Assembly (NCBI RefSeq): GCF_044704955.1
Contig: NW_027251257.1
Location: 992,001-1,056,000 of the forward strand
Length of the DNA: 64,000 nt
Origin: Pristiophorus japonicus
Taxonomy: Eukaryota
Direction: 5' to 3'
Under the pieces are notes generated by a model. The model saw only the letters and a list, made by a program, of their open reading frames with translations, had not been told where the DNA came from and made no database searches. This document shows, one piece after another, positions 50,401 through 61,780 of this stretch. The stretch's first letter is position 1. Every line of letters begins with the position of its first letter. A program made the position numbers and the translations under genes.

Positions 50401-52557
50401 CTCTGTCTGAGCATAAATACAGATCCCCGACGCACTGCAATGCCAAACAGGAAACAGCGGCAGCAATCTCTGCAATAACACAGGGCAGGCAAGGCGGGTG
50501 AGAGTGAGAGCAGCAAACGGAAGCTGTGGGCGGGGTTGCCACGGGCAGTGTTATCCCACATAGGATCCATCTGTGAGGACAGAATTCAATAATAATGTCC
50601 CTTCTGAAATGATATAATTCTGCCTCTCTGTAAGGGTTGTGCTATTTTCATATACGTTAAAAATTCTGGGCAAGCAGTCGAGCGATAGGAATTTCAGCAT
50701 TATATTCTTCAACAGTTAATGAAATCGTCAGCAGTGAAGTGGTTTATAACCAAGTGCTGACACGGGTGGTTGGAAACAACAAAACTGCAATTGATCCCGA
50801 ACTTCTAAAATTATTAAACTGTAATGGATTGCAAAACATTACTGAGCATAAATATAATCTAAAAAGTAATTTCACCTCAATTTATATTGAGAAAGCGTCA
50901 GTCAGCATTGGTTGATGTAAAGTGACTGGCGGTTGGAATCCGTGCTCTGTCAGCGCCACTTGGCCGGGAATAAAGCATCTCCTTTGAGCTGATGTCACAG
51001 AACACGGTTACTGTACGAGGTGTCCTTGGGTTTTCTCACTGTTGGCCTCAGTGCACAGTAGTACATGGCGCTGTCTGCGAGCTGCAGCTCAGTCAGGGTG
51101 ACAACAGCTAGAGTTTTTGACTTTTCAGAATGACAGAGAAACGGCTGTTAACTTCGTTCTTTCCAAAATAATGTATTCAAATTACGAGAGTGGGAGCCTT
51201 CTACTGGCTCTGACGGTAAAGCTCCAGGTAGTAGGTCGCTTGGGGGGTGGAATAGTTACAAATAATGCTCATTGAGGTACCTTCCAGATATTGGGCTTAT
51301 TTTGGCCATTGATCCACGGAGTCTCCAGAATTTAATTCTGCAGAAAACAATCGTGGTTACCCATGGAAACAGCGTAAAGCACAGACCACACGTTTCTCTT
51401 TATTTGAGAAAAATCTGTATCTCTTTGAGTATATACAGGGAGACAAAGATATACAAGCATCAGATTAATGGCTAGATATTGGATATTGATAGTTAGGCAG
51501 GTTAATAAACAGAGACATAGAGACAGACAGTCAGACAGATAGAGTGAGTGACACAGAGTGGCGGGCAGACAAGTTGATAGATTGTTGAGAGGTAATAAGA
51601 TGGATGGAGGGATAGACCTAGAGATCGATGAAAAGAAGACAGTTGTGTCAATAGTGGAATGGATAGACAGATACATGTGTAAATAAATAAACCTATCAAA
51701 TAACAAAGATGCCAGGCCCGAAATAACAAAAAGCCCAAACTCCATAATGGCCGCAGTCTCCCCACAATGGGACACCGCACTTCGCCCGCTGCCTCCTCTC
51801 AGTTGCAGATTTCGGAATGAAGGAAAGAATGTGAAGTGTTTCCGTCAGCAAACGGACTCCCCGTCATTTCCGGAATCAAACCCAGAGCCGGGTCTCAATG
51901 AGCTTGCCGGTGATTATTGTCGCTGTCTGTGTTCACCATCATTGCCCGCGGCACCGGCACACAGACTTCGTGTGCTGCTCTGCCTTGTCCCGGACATCTA
52001 AACATCCGATCCCGGGAATGGGTGAGGATTCTGTCTCTCCATTACGGGCCTCACCCACAATGGCACCAACACATCCCAGAAATGGTTGAAAGGGCAAAAA
52101 AGCTTCGATTGAAATGTATTCTTCAAAAGGATTCTCATTTAAGGGAGGTCAGAACGGGGAATACTCTGCCAGACACTGTTAGTGACGTAGACTCCATCAA
52201 TTATTATTTTATAAAGGAAGCATATTGAGGAATTATTTAATTATTACAGGGTGTAGGGAGCCTTTGTTGTGTTTTAAGATACTAACATTGATTGAGAATG
52301 AATTCTTGAAGCGTGCCTCCATTCTGTATTGTACAAGGCACGAAAAAATGGTTCAAACTATCTCGCGGTGTCCTGACAAACAAATCCACATTATTGCACC
52401 GAAAGTTTAAATCACATTCAGACAATGCCCACAAGAGGGGGCTGTGAAGCGACACTGCTGGCGATCAATTTGGCAGAATGTGTATTAAAAAGTTAGAGAG
52501 TACGTCATAAAATAGGGCTCAAATCAAGGTAAGGAGGGACCGTCGAACTGCAGCCCA

Positions 52558-52852
52558 GGGTGAGCTCAGAGACAGTGTGAACTGCTGTCAGTGAGAAACA
52601 CTGAGTGTGGGCGGTTGGTGTGAGCTCAGAGACAGTATGAGCTGCTGTCAGTGAGACACACTGAGTGTGGGCGGTGGGTGTGAGCTCAGAGACAGCGTGA
52701 GCTGCTGTCAGTGAGAAACACTGAGTGTGGGCGGTGGGTGTGAGCTCAGAGACAGCGTGAGCTGCTGTCAGTGAGAAACACTGAGTGTGGGCGGTGGGTG
52801 TGAGCTCAGAGACAGCGTGAGCTGCTGTCAGTGAGAAACACTGCGTGTGGGT
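52558..52852. repeat. 60-bp tandem repeat, about 5 copies, upstream of V-C
   Basis: tgagctcagagacagcgtgagctgctgtcagtgagaaacactgagtgtgggcggtgggtg at 52561, 52621, 52681, 52741, 52801. Confidence 0.95.
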
Positions 52853-53020
52853 GGCCCGGGGTGGGTAAACCTGAGATCAGCTTCTTTCGTTAGTTCAACA
52901 GAAAGAAGCCTCTGAGTTGGAATCTGCCTCCTTGTTAATTCTCCCGTATATAATATCTCTACCCTAGGAGCAACCCGTCCTCCGTGTGCAATGCTTTCAG
53001 CCTCCTTTCCATCTGATCCG

Positions 53021-53358
53021 ATGGCACTCCGGATTTACAGAGTTTCCCTGCTGATTTGCACTCTGATCTGCACGGATGTGAGCGGTGAAGATGAGGTGAT
53101 GCAGATCCCTCCATCGGTGGTTGTTAATGAAGAGGGAATCGTATCTATAAACTGCACCACGACAGCTGCTTTTACTGTCTTGCGCTGGTACAGACAGCTC
53201 TCGAATCAGACCCTCCAGCACCTGGTGCTGGCCACAAGCAGGGCCGATCAACATGGGAGGATCACTGCTTCAATCGGGGGGAGGAAATAAACGCAGTGTC
53301 CTGACTGTGAGAGACGCGCAAGTGACAGACACCGCCACCTAACTCTGCGCCGTGAACC
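53021..53358 (+). pseudogene. TCR alpha/delta-type V pseudogene C with leader fused to V (no intron)
   Basis: MALRIYRVSLLICTLICTDVSG-EDEVMQIPPSVVVNEEGIVSINC...WYRQ...; frameshift in the G-run at about 53276-81; DTAT*LCAVNP with TAA at 53340. Confidence 0.88.
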
Positions 53359-53397
53359 CACAGTGTAACAAACAGGTGGAGAGTCCGCACAGAAACC
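53359..53397 (+). promoter_or_regulatory. Near-consensus 23-RSS of V-C
   Basis: CACAGTG + 23 nt + ACAGAAACC. Confidence 0.93.
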
Positions 53398-53692
53398 TGC
53401 ACCGAAGGGGAGCACCGAGCTGCTCTCTTTCGAATAACGGGATAGGGAGGGGGTGGTTATAATAACCGGAGGGCAAAGGGACTGAGCACAGAAAAACATA
53501 GGAAATGTGGAAGAGAGAGATTTAACAACATTCTGAAATGAAGAGAGTTAAAAACATATAGAAAGAGAAGGCGCTAAACAAAGAATGAGGGCAAGTGAAA
53601 ATCAATGTAATAATAGGTGTAGCGGACGGCAAATTAAGAAAGAATAAAAGAGACATGAAATAAAGTGAGAAATAACGAGTTAGAAATAGAAA

Positions 53693-56600
53693 CATAGACA
53701 TAGAAACATAGAAAATAGGGGCAGGAGTAGGCCATTCGGCCCTTCTAGCCTGCACCGCCATTCAATGAGTTCATGGCTGAACATGCAACTTCAGTACTCG
53801 CTTCCTGCTATCTCGCCATACCCCTTGATCCCCCGAGTAGCAAGGACTTCATCTAACTCCCTTTTGAATATATTTAGTGAATTGGCCTCAACTACTTCCT
53901 GTGGTAGAGAATTCCACAGGTTCACCACTCTCTGGGTGAAGAAGTTTCTCCTCATCTCGGTCCTAAATGGCTTACCCCTTATCCTTAGACTGTGACCCCT
54001 GGTTCTGGACTTCCCCAACATTGGGAAGATTCTTCCTGCATCTAACCTGTCCAAACCCGTCAGAATTTTAAACGTTTCTATGAGGTCCCCTCGCATTCTT
54101 CAGAACTCCAGTGAATACAAGCTCAGTTGATCCAGTCTTTCTTGATAGATCAGTCCCACCATCCCGGGAATCAGTCTGGTGAATCTTCGCTGCACTCCCT
54201 CAATAGCAAGATTGTCCTTCCTCAAGTTAGGTGACCAAAACTGTACACAATACTCCAGGTGTGGCCTCACCAAGGCCCTGTACAACTGTAGCAACACCTC
54301 CCTGCCCCTGTACTCAAATCCCCTCGCTATGAAGGCCAACATGCCATTGGCTTTCTTAACCGTCTGCTGTACCTGCATGCCAACATTCAATGACTGATTT
54401 AGCATGACACCCAGGTCTCGTTGCACCTCCCCTTTTCCTAATTTGTCACCATTCAGATAATAGTCTGTCTCTCTGTTTTTATCACCAAAGTGGATAACCT
54501 CACATTTATCCACATTATACTTCATCTGCCATGCATTTGCCCACTCACCTAACCTATCCAAGTCACTCTGCAGCCACATAGCATCCTCCTCGCAGCTCAC
54601 ACTGCCACCCAACTTAGTATCATCCGCAAATATGGAGATACTACATTTAATCCCCTCGTCTAAATCATTAATTTACAATGTAAACAGCTGGGGCCCCAGC
54701 ACAGAACCTTGCGGTACCCCACTAGTCACTGTCTGCCATTCTGAAAAGTACCCATTTACTCCTACTCTTTGCTTCCTGTCTGACAACCAGTTCTCAATCC
54801 ACGTAAGCACACTACCCCCAATCCAATGTGCTTTAACTTTGCACATTAATCTCTTGTGTGGGACCTTGTCGAAAGCCTTCTGAAAGTCAAAATATACCAC
54901 ATCAACTGGTTCTCCCTTGTCCACTTTACTGGAAACATCCTCAAAAAATTCCAGAAGGTTTGTCAAGCATGATTTCCCTTTCACAAATCCATGCTGACTT
55001 GGACCTATCATGGCACCTCTTTCCAAATGCACTGCTATGACATCCTTAATAATTTATTCCATCATTTTACCCACTACTGAGGTCAGGCTGACCGGTCTAT
55101 AATTCCATGTTTTCTCTCTCCCTCCTTTTTAAAAAAGTGGGGTTACATTGGCTACCCTCACTCGATAGGAACTGATCCAGAGTCAATGGAATGTTGGAAA
55201 ATGACTGTCAATGCATCCGCTATTTCCAAGGCCACCTCCCTAAGTACTCTGGGATGCAGTCCATCAGGCCCTGGGGATTTATCGGCCTTCAAACCCATCA
55301 ATTACCCCAACACAATTTCCCGACTAATAAAGATTTCCCTCAGTGCCTCCTCCTTACAGTGCCTCCTCCTTACTGGACCCTCTGACCCCTTTTATATCCG
55401 GAAGGTTGTTGGTGTCCTCCTTAGTGAATCCCGAAACAAAGTACTTGTTCAATTGGTCTGCCATTTCTTTGTTCCCCGTTATGACTTCCCCGGATTCTGA
55501 CTGCGGGGGACCTACGTTTGTCTTTACTAACCTTTTTCTCTTCACATACCTATAGAAACTTTTGCAATCCGCCTTAATGTTCCCTGCAAGCTTCTTCTCG
55601 TACTGCATTTTCCCTGCCCTAATCAAACCCTTTGTCCTCCTCTGCTGAGTTCTAAATTTCTCCCAGTCCCCGGGTTCGCTGCTATTTCTGGCCAATTTGT
55701 ATGCCACTTCCTTGGCTTTAATACTATCCCTGATTTCCCTTGATAGCCATGGTTGAGCCACCTTCCCGTTTTTTTTTTTACGCCAGACAGGAATGTACAA
55801 TTGTTTAGTTCATCCATGCGGTCTCTAAATGTCTGCCATTGTCCATCCACAGTCAACCCCTTAAGTATCATTCGCCAATCTATCCTAGCCAATTCACGCC
55901 TCATACCTTCAAAGTTACCCTTCTTTAAGTTCTGGACCATGGTCTCTGAATTAACTGTTTCATTCTCCATCCTAATGCAGAATTCCACCATATTATGGTC
56001 ACTCTTCCCCAAGGGGCCTCGCACAATGAGATTGCTAATTAATCCTCTCTCATTACTCAACCTCCAGTCTAAGATGGCCTCCCCCCTAGTTGGTTCCTCG
56101 ACATATTGGTCTAGAAAACCATCCCTTATGCATTCCAGGAAATCCTCCTCCACTGTATTGCTTCCAGTTTGGCTCGCCCAATCTATGTGCATATTAAAGT
56201 CACCCATTATAACTGCTGCACCTTTATTGCATGCACCCCTAATTTCCTGTTTGATACCCTCCCCAACATCACTACTACTGTTTGGAGGTCTGTACACAAC
56301 CCCCACTAACGTTTTTTGCCCTTTGGTGTTCTGCAGCTCTACCCATATAGATTCCACATCATCCAAGCTGATGTCTTTCCTAACTATTGCATTAATCTCC
56401 TCTTTAACCAGCAATGCTACCCCACCTCCTTTTCCTTTTATTCTATCCTTCCTGAATGTTGAATACCCCTGGATGTTGAGTTCCCAGCCCTGATCATCCT
56501 GGATTCACGTCTCCATAATCCCAATGACATCATATTTGTTAACATCTATTTGCACAGTTAATTCAGCTTATTGCGGATACTCCTTGCATTAAGACACAGA

Positions 56601-58364
56601 GCCTTCAGGCTTGTTTTATAACACCCTTTGTCCTTTTAGAATGTTGCTGTACAGTGGCCCTTTTTGTTCTTTTTCCTTGGGTTTCTCTGCCCTCCACTTT
56701 TCTTCATCTCCTTTCTGTCTTTTGCTTTTGCCTCCATTTGTCTCCCTCTGTCTCCCTGCATTGGTTCCCATCCCCCTGCCATATTAGTTCAACTCCTCCC
56801 CAACAGCACTAGCAAACACTCCCCCTAAGACATTGGTTCCGGTCCTGCCCAGGTGCAGACTGTCCGGTTTGTACTGGTCCCACCTCCCCCAGAACCGGTT
56901 CCAATGCCCCAGGAATTTGAATCCCTCCCTGCTGCACCACTGCTCAAGCCACGTATTCATCTGTGCTATCCTGCGATTCCTACTCTGACTAGCACGAGGC
57001 ACTGGTAGCAATCTAGAGATTACAACTTTTGAGGTCCTACTTTTTAATTTAGCTCCTAGCTCTTTAAATTCGTTTCATAGGACCTCATCCCTTTTTTTTT
57101 ACCTATGTCGTTGGTGCCAATGTGCACCACGGCAACTGGCTGTTCTCCCTCCCTTTTCAGAATGTCCTGAATCCGCTCTGAGACATTCTTGACCCTTGCA
57201 CCAGGGAGGCAACATACCATCCTGGAGTCTCGGTTGCTGCCGCAGAAACGCCTATCTATTCCCCTCATCATTGAATCCCCTATCACTATCGCTCTCCCAG
57301 TCTTTTTCCTGCCGTTCTGTGCAACAGAGCCAGCCACAGTGCCATGAACTTGGCTGCTGCTGCCCTCCCCCGATGAGTCGTCCCCCTCAACAGTACTCAA
57401 AGCAGTGTATCTGTTTTGCAGGGGGATGAACACAGGGGACCCCTGCACTACCTTCTTTGCACTACTCTTCCTGCTGGTCTTCCATTCCCTATCTGGCTGT
57501 GGACCCTTCTCCTGCGGTAAGACCAACTCGCTACACGTGCTACTCACGTCATTCTCAGCATCGTGGATGCTCCAGATTGAATCCACCCTCAGCTCCAACT
57601 CCGCAACGCGGACCGTCAGGAGCTCGAGGCGGATACACTTCCCACACACGTAGTCGTCAGGGACACCAGAAGTGTCCCTGAGTTCCCACATGGTACAGGA
57701 AGAGCATAACACCCGACCGAGCTCTCCTGCCATGACTTAACCCTTAGATACACTTAAATTGGCAACAACAATGTTAAAAGTTACTGACTAATATAAAAAA
57801 GAAAAAGAAAAACTACTCTCCAATCACCAGCCAATCACTTACCCCCTCGGCTGTGACGTCACCTTTCTGTTTCTTTCTACTTCTTTTTTGCCTTCTCCCT
57901 GTAGCTGCACAATTATGCCTTTTATAGGCCTTTGCTGATCCCCGGACTCACGCCTCACCAACGAACTCCCGACGCCTCTCGCGGCCTTTTATAGGCCTCT
58001 GCTGATCCCCGGACTCACGCCTCACCAACGAACTCCCGACACCTCTCGCGGCCTTTTATAGGCCTTTGCTGATCCCCGGACTCACGCCTCACCACCGAAC
58101 TCCCGACGCCTCTCGCGGCCTTTTATAGGCCTCTGCTGATCCCCGGACTCACGCCTCAGCGACTACGAACTCCGCCTGCCTCTCGCAGCCTTTTATAGGC
58201 CTCTACTGATCCCCGGACTCACGCCTCACCCACGAACTCCCGCTGCCTCTCGCGGTCTTTTATAGTCCTCTGCTGATCCCCGGACTCACGCCTCACCAAC
58301 GAACTCCCGCTGCCTCTCGCGGCCTTTTATAGGCCTCTGCTGATCCCCGGACTCACGCCTCACC
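53693..58364 (-). mobile_element. Full-length CR1 LINE (5' UTR monomers, SGNH-esterase ORF1, APE+RT ORF2, tail)
   Basis: ORF1 57056..57733 has Cys pairs and GDS/GTND esterase motifs; APE in 55623..56414; RT in 54100..55032; tail (CATAGAAA)n; candidate TSD AAATAGAAA at 53684-92 and 58365-73; a few frameshifts. Confidence 0.92.
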
Positions 58365-58834
58365 AAATAGAAATGTAACAGAAAGCCATTAAGAGGTTTA
58401 GAAAAAAAGTACAATACCCTTTCCTTCAAGCTCACTGATATTACCCTTACTTGTCCAGTTGAATTGTCTGAACTATCTCTCTTGAAGTCCGAATGCTGGA
58501 AACTGCGCCATCGATAAACTCCGACTTTGTTCTGGCCATTATCCTGACAGTGTACAGTTCTCATAGTCACCGCCAGAGGGCGCCACGGTCACATATTTCT
58601 CGGCATTATAAACTGGAAGTTTTCGAGACAAAACTTGTGGTCACACTGCCCGGCTGCTTCGTCAACAGCTTCCGATTGCTGCTCTTTCTGACCTGCCTTG
58701 TGTTATTGGAGAAATTGCTGCCTCTGTTCCTTCTTTGGTATTGGTTAAATCAGCAGTGCAGTGGGCTGGCGATTTATATTTCTGCTCTGACAGAGGATTT
58801 CGAAGAATGCACAGTTACAGACTCAGCGAGCATC

Positions 58835-59320
58835 ATGCGGAACCGTCTCACACCGCTCCTCACCATTGTATCAGTTCTCAGTAAGTATTCCATTCCCAGT
58901 GCAAATCCATTCTCCTCCTGAATGTTGCAACCCAGATGTGATAATTGGTTAAATGATCCTGATTATTATGTTGATTGTGATGATGATGATGACTATTACT
59001 GTTATTTTATGTTGGACTGGAGCCACCAAGACACAGTGGAACAGACGATCCCTGAATTGATGGTTGAAGAGGAAAGTAATGTCACGCTAACCTGCACCTT
59101 GAAAACAAGCACTTCTGTCCCTTATGTACACTGGTACAGTCAGCATCACGGGCAGGCGGCCACAGTTCGTATTTTATCTCTATGCTGGGATAATCAACAT
59201 AAACCTTGACTTCAATGACCAATTCTTTTGTAGGTTCAATAAAACTACCAAGATTGGCGAGCTAACGATCGGTAAAGCCCTGATCTCCAATACTGCTGTG
59301 TATTTCTGTGCCATGAGCCC
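58835..59320 (+). pseudogene. TCR alpha/delta-type V pseudogene D (leader 58835-58880, V exon about 59016-59320)
   Basis: Leader MRNRLTPLLTIVSVL|GTAAGT; acceptor mutated (TGG at 59013-15); DTVEQTIPELMVEEESNVTLTC...HWYSQ; frameshift at about 59159; NTAVYFCAMSP; heptamer mutated to CAGACTG + 24 nt + ACAAAAATC. Confidence 0.88.
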
Positions 59321-59531
59321 CAGACTGGAGCAGCGATATCATGGATGCCGTACAAAAATCCACACTGAGAGTTCCAGGTAGTGCTCACTAGAGGGCGATC
59401 ACACCCCGATAACCAGAAGCAATCAATCAGTCTCCACAGTGAGAGCCACAGGGATCTTCTAAATAGACCGGCAAAATAGAATTCTCAACATGAAAAGGTG
59501 AAGTCCACTGGCCGAATTATAATATTTAATA

Positions 59532-61779
59532 CATAGAAACAGAGAAACATAGAAAATAGGTGCAGGAGTAGGCCATTCGGCCCTTCGAGCCTGCACCGCC
59601 ATTCAATGAGTTCATGGCTGAACATGCAACTTCAGTACCCCATTACTGCTTTCCCGTCATGCCACTTGATATCCCCCAGTAGTAAGGACTACATCTAACT
59701 CATTTTTGAATACATTTAGTGAATTGGCCTCAACAACTTTCTGTGGTAGAGAATTCCACAGGTTCACCACTCTCTGGGTGAAGAAGTTTCTCCTCATCTC
59801 AGTCCTAAATAGCTTACCCTTTATCCTTAGACTGTGACCCCTGGTTCTGGACTTCCCCAACATTGGGAACATTCTTCCTGCAACTAACCTGTCTAAACCC
59901 GTCAGAATTTTAAACGTTTCTATGAGATCCCCTCTCATTCTTCTGAACTCCAATGAATACAAGCCCAGTTGATCCAGTCTTTCTTGATAGGTCAGTCCCA
60001 CCATCCCGGGAATCAGTCTGCTGAACCTTCGCTGCACTCCCTCAATAGCAAGAATGTCCCTCCTCAAGTTATGAGAGCAAAACTGTACACAATACTCCAG
60101 GTGTGGCCTCACCAAGGCCTGTACAACTGTAATAACACCTCCCTGAACCTGTACTCAAATCCCCTCGCTATGAAGGCCAACATGCCATTGGCTTTCTTAA
60201 CCGCCTGCTGTACCTGCATGCCAACCTTCAATGACTGATGTACCATGATACCCAGGTCTCGTTGCACCATCCCTTTTCCTAATCTGGCACCATTCAGATA
60301 ATAGTCTGTCTCTCTGTTTTTACCACCAATGTGGATAACCTCACATTTATCCACATTATACTTCATCTGCCATGCATTTGCTCACTCACCTAACCTATCT
60401 AAGTCACTCTGCAGCCTCATAGCATCCTCCTCGCAGCTCACACTGCCACCCAACTTAGTATCATCCGCAAATTTGGAGATACTACATTTAATCCCCTCGT
60501 CTAAATCATTAATTTACAATGTAAACAGCTGGGGCCCCGGCACAGAACCTTGCGGTACCCCACTAGTCACTGCCTGCCATTCTGAAAAATACCCATTTAC
60601 TCCTACTCTTTGCTTTCTGTCTGACAACCAGTTCTCAATCCACGTCAGCACACTACCCCCAATCCCATGTGCTTTAACTTTGCACATTAATTTCTTGTGT
60701 GGGACCTTGTTGAAAGCCTTCTGAAAGTCCAAATACACCACATCAACTGGTTCTCCCTTGTCCACTCTACTGGAAACATCCTCAAGAAATTCCAGAAGAT
60801 TAGTTCAAGCATAATTTCCCTTTCACAAATCCATGCTGACTTGGATCAATCATGTCACCTCTTTGCTATGACATCCTTAATAATTGATTCCATCATTTTA
60901 CCCACTACCGATGTCAGGCTGACCGGTCTATAATTCCCTGTTTTCTCTATCCCTCCTTTCTTAAGAAGTGGGGTTACATTGGCTACCCTCCACACCATAG
61001 AAACTGATCCAGTGTCTATTGAATGTTGAAAAATGACTGTCAATGCATCCGCTATTTCCAAGGCCACCTCCTTAAGTATTCTGGGATGCAGTCCATCAGG
61101 CCCTGCGAATTTATTGGCCTTCAATCCCATCAATTTCCCCAACACAATTTCTCGACTAATAAGGATTTCCCTCAGTTCCTCCTTCTTACTAGACCCTCTG
61201 ACCCCTTTTATATCCGGAAGGTTGTTGGTGTCCTCCTTAGTGAAAACCGAACCAAAGTATTTGTTCAATTGGTCTGCCATTTCTTTGTTCGCCGCTATGA
61301 CTTCCCCTGATTCTGACTGCAGGGGACCTACGTTTGTCTTTACTAATCTTTTTCTCTTTACATATCTATAGAAGCTTTTGCAGTCCGTCTTAATATTCCC
61401 TGCAAACGTCTTCTCGTACTCTATTTTCCCTACTCTAATCAAAACCTTTGTCCTCCTCTGCTGAGTTCTAAATTTCTCCCAGTCCCCGGGTTCGCTGCTA
61501 TTTCTGGCCAATTTGTATAGCACTTCCTTGGCTTTAATACTATCCATGATTTCCCTTGATAGCCATGGTTGAGCCACCTTCCCTTTTTTATTTATACGCC
61601 AGACAGGGATGTACAATTGTTGTAGTTCATCCATGTGGTCTCTAAATATCTGCAATTGTCCATCCACTGTCAACCCCTTAAGTATCATTCGCCGATCTAT
61701 CCTAACCAATTCATGCCTCATACCTTCAAAGTTACCCTTCTTTAAGTTCTGGACCATGGTCTCTGAATTAATTGTTTCA
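59532..61779 (-). mobile_element. CR1 LINE of the same young family as 53693-58364, truncated or interrupted at the LTR element
   Basis: Near-identical 3' UTR and RT; similarity stops at ...gaattaattgtttca 61779. Confidence 0.9.
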
Positions 61780-61780
61780 C

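Noticed and set aside
53398-53416. CTCF-like motif right after the V-C nonamer
   Set aside because: Lacks the core AG dinucleotide in register; too weak to count with the other sites
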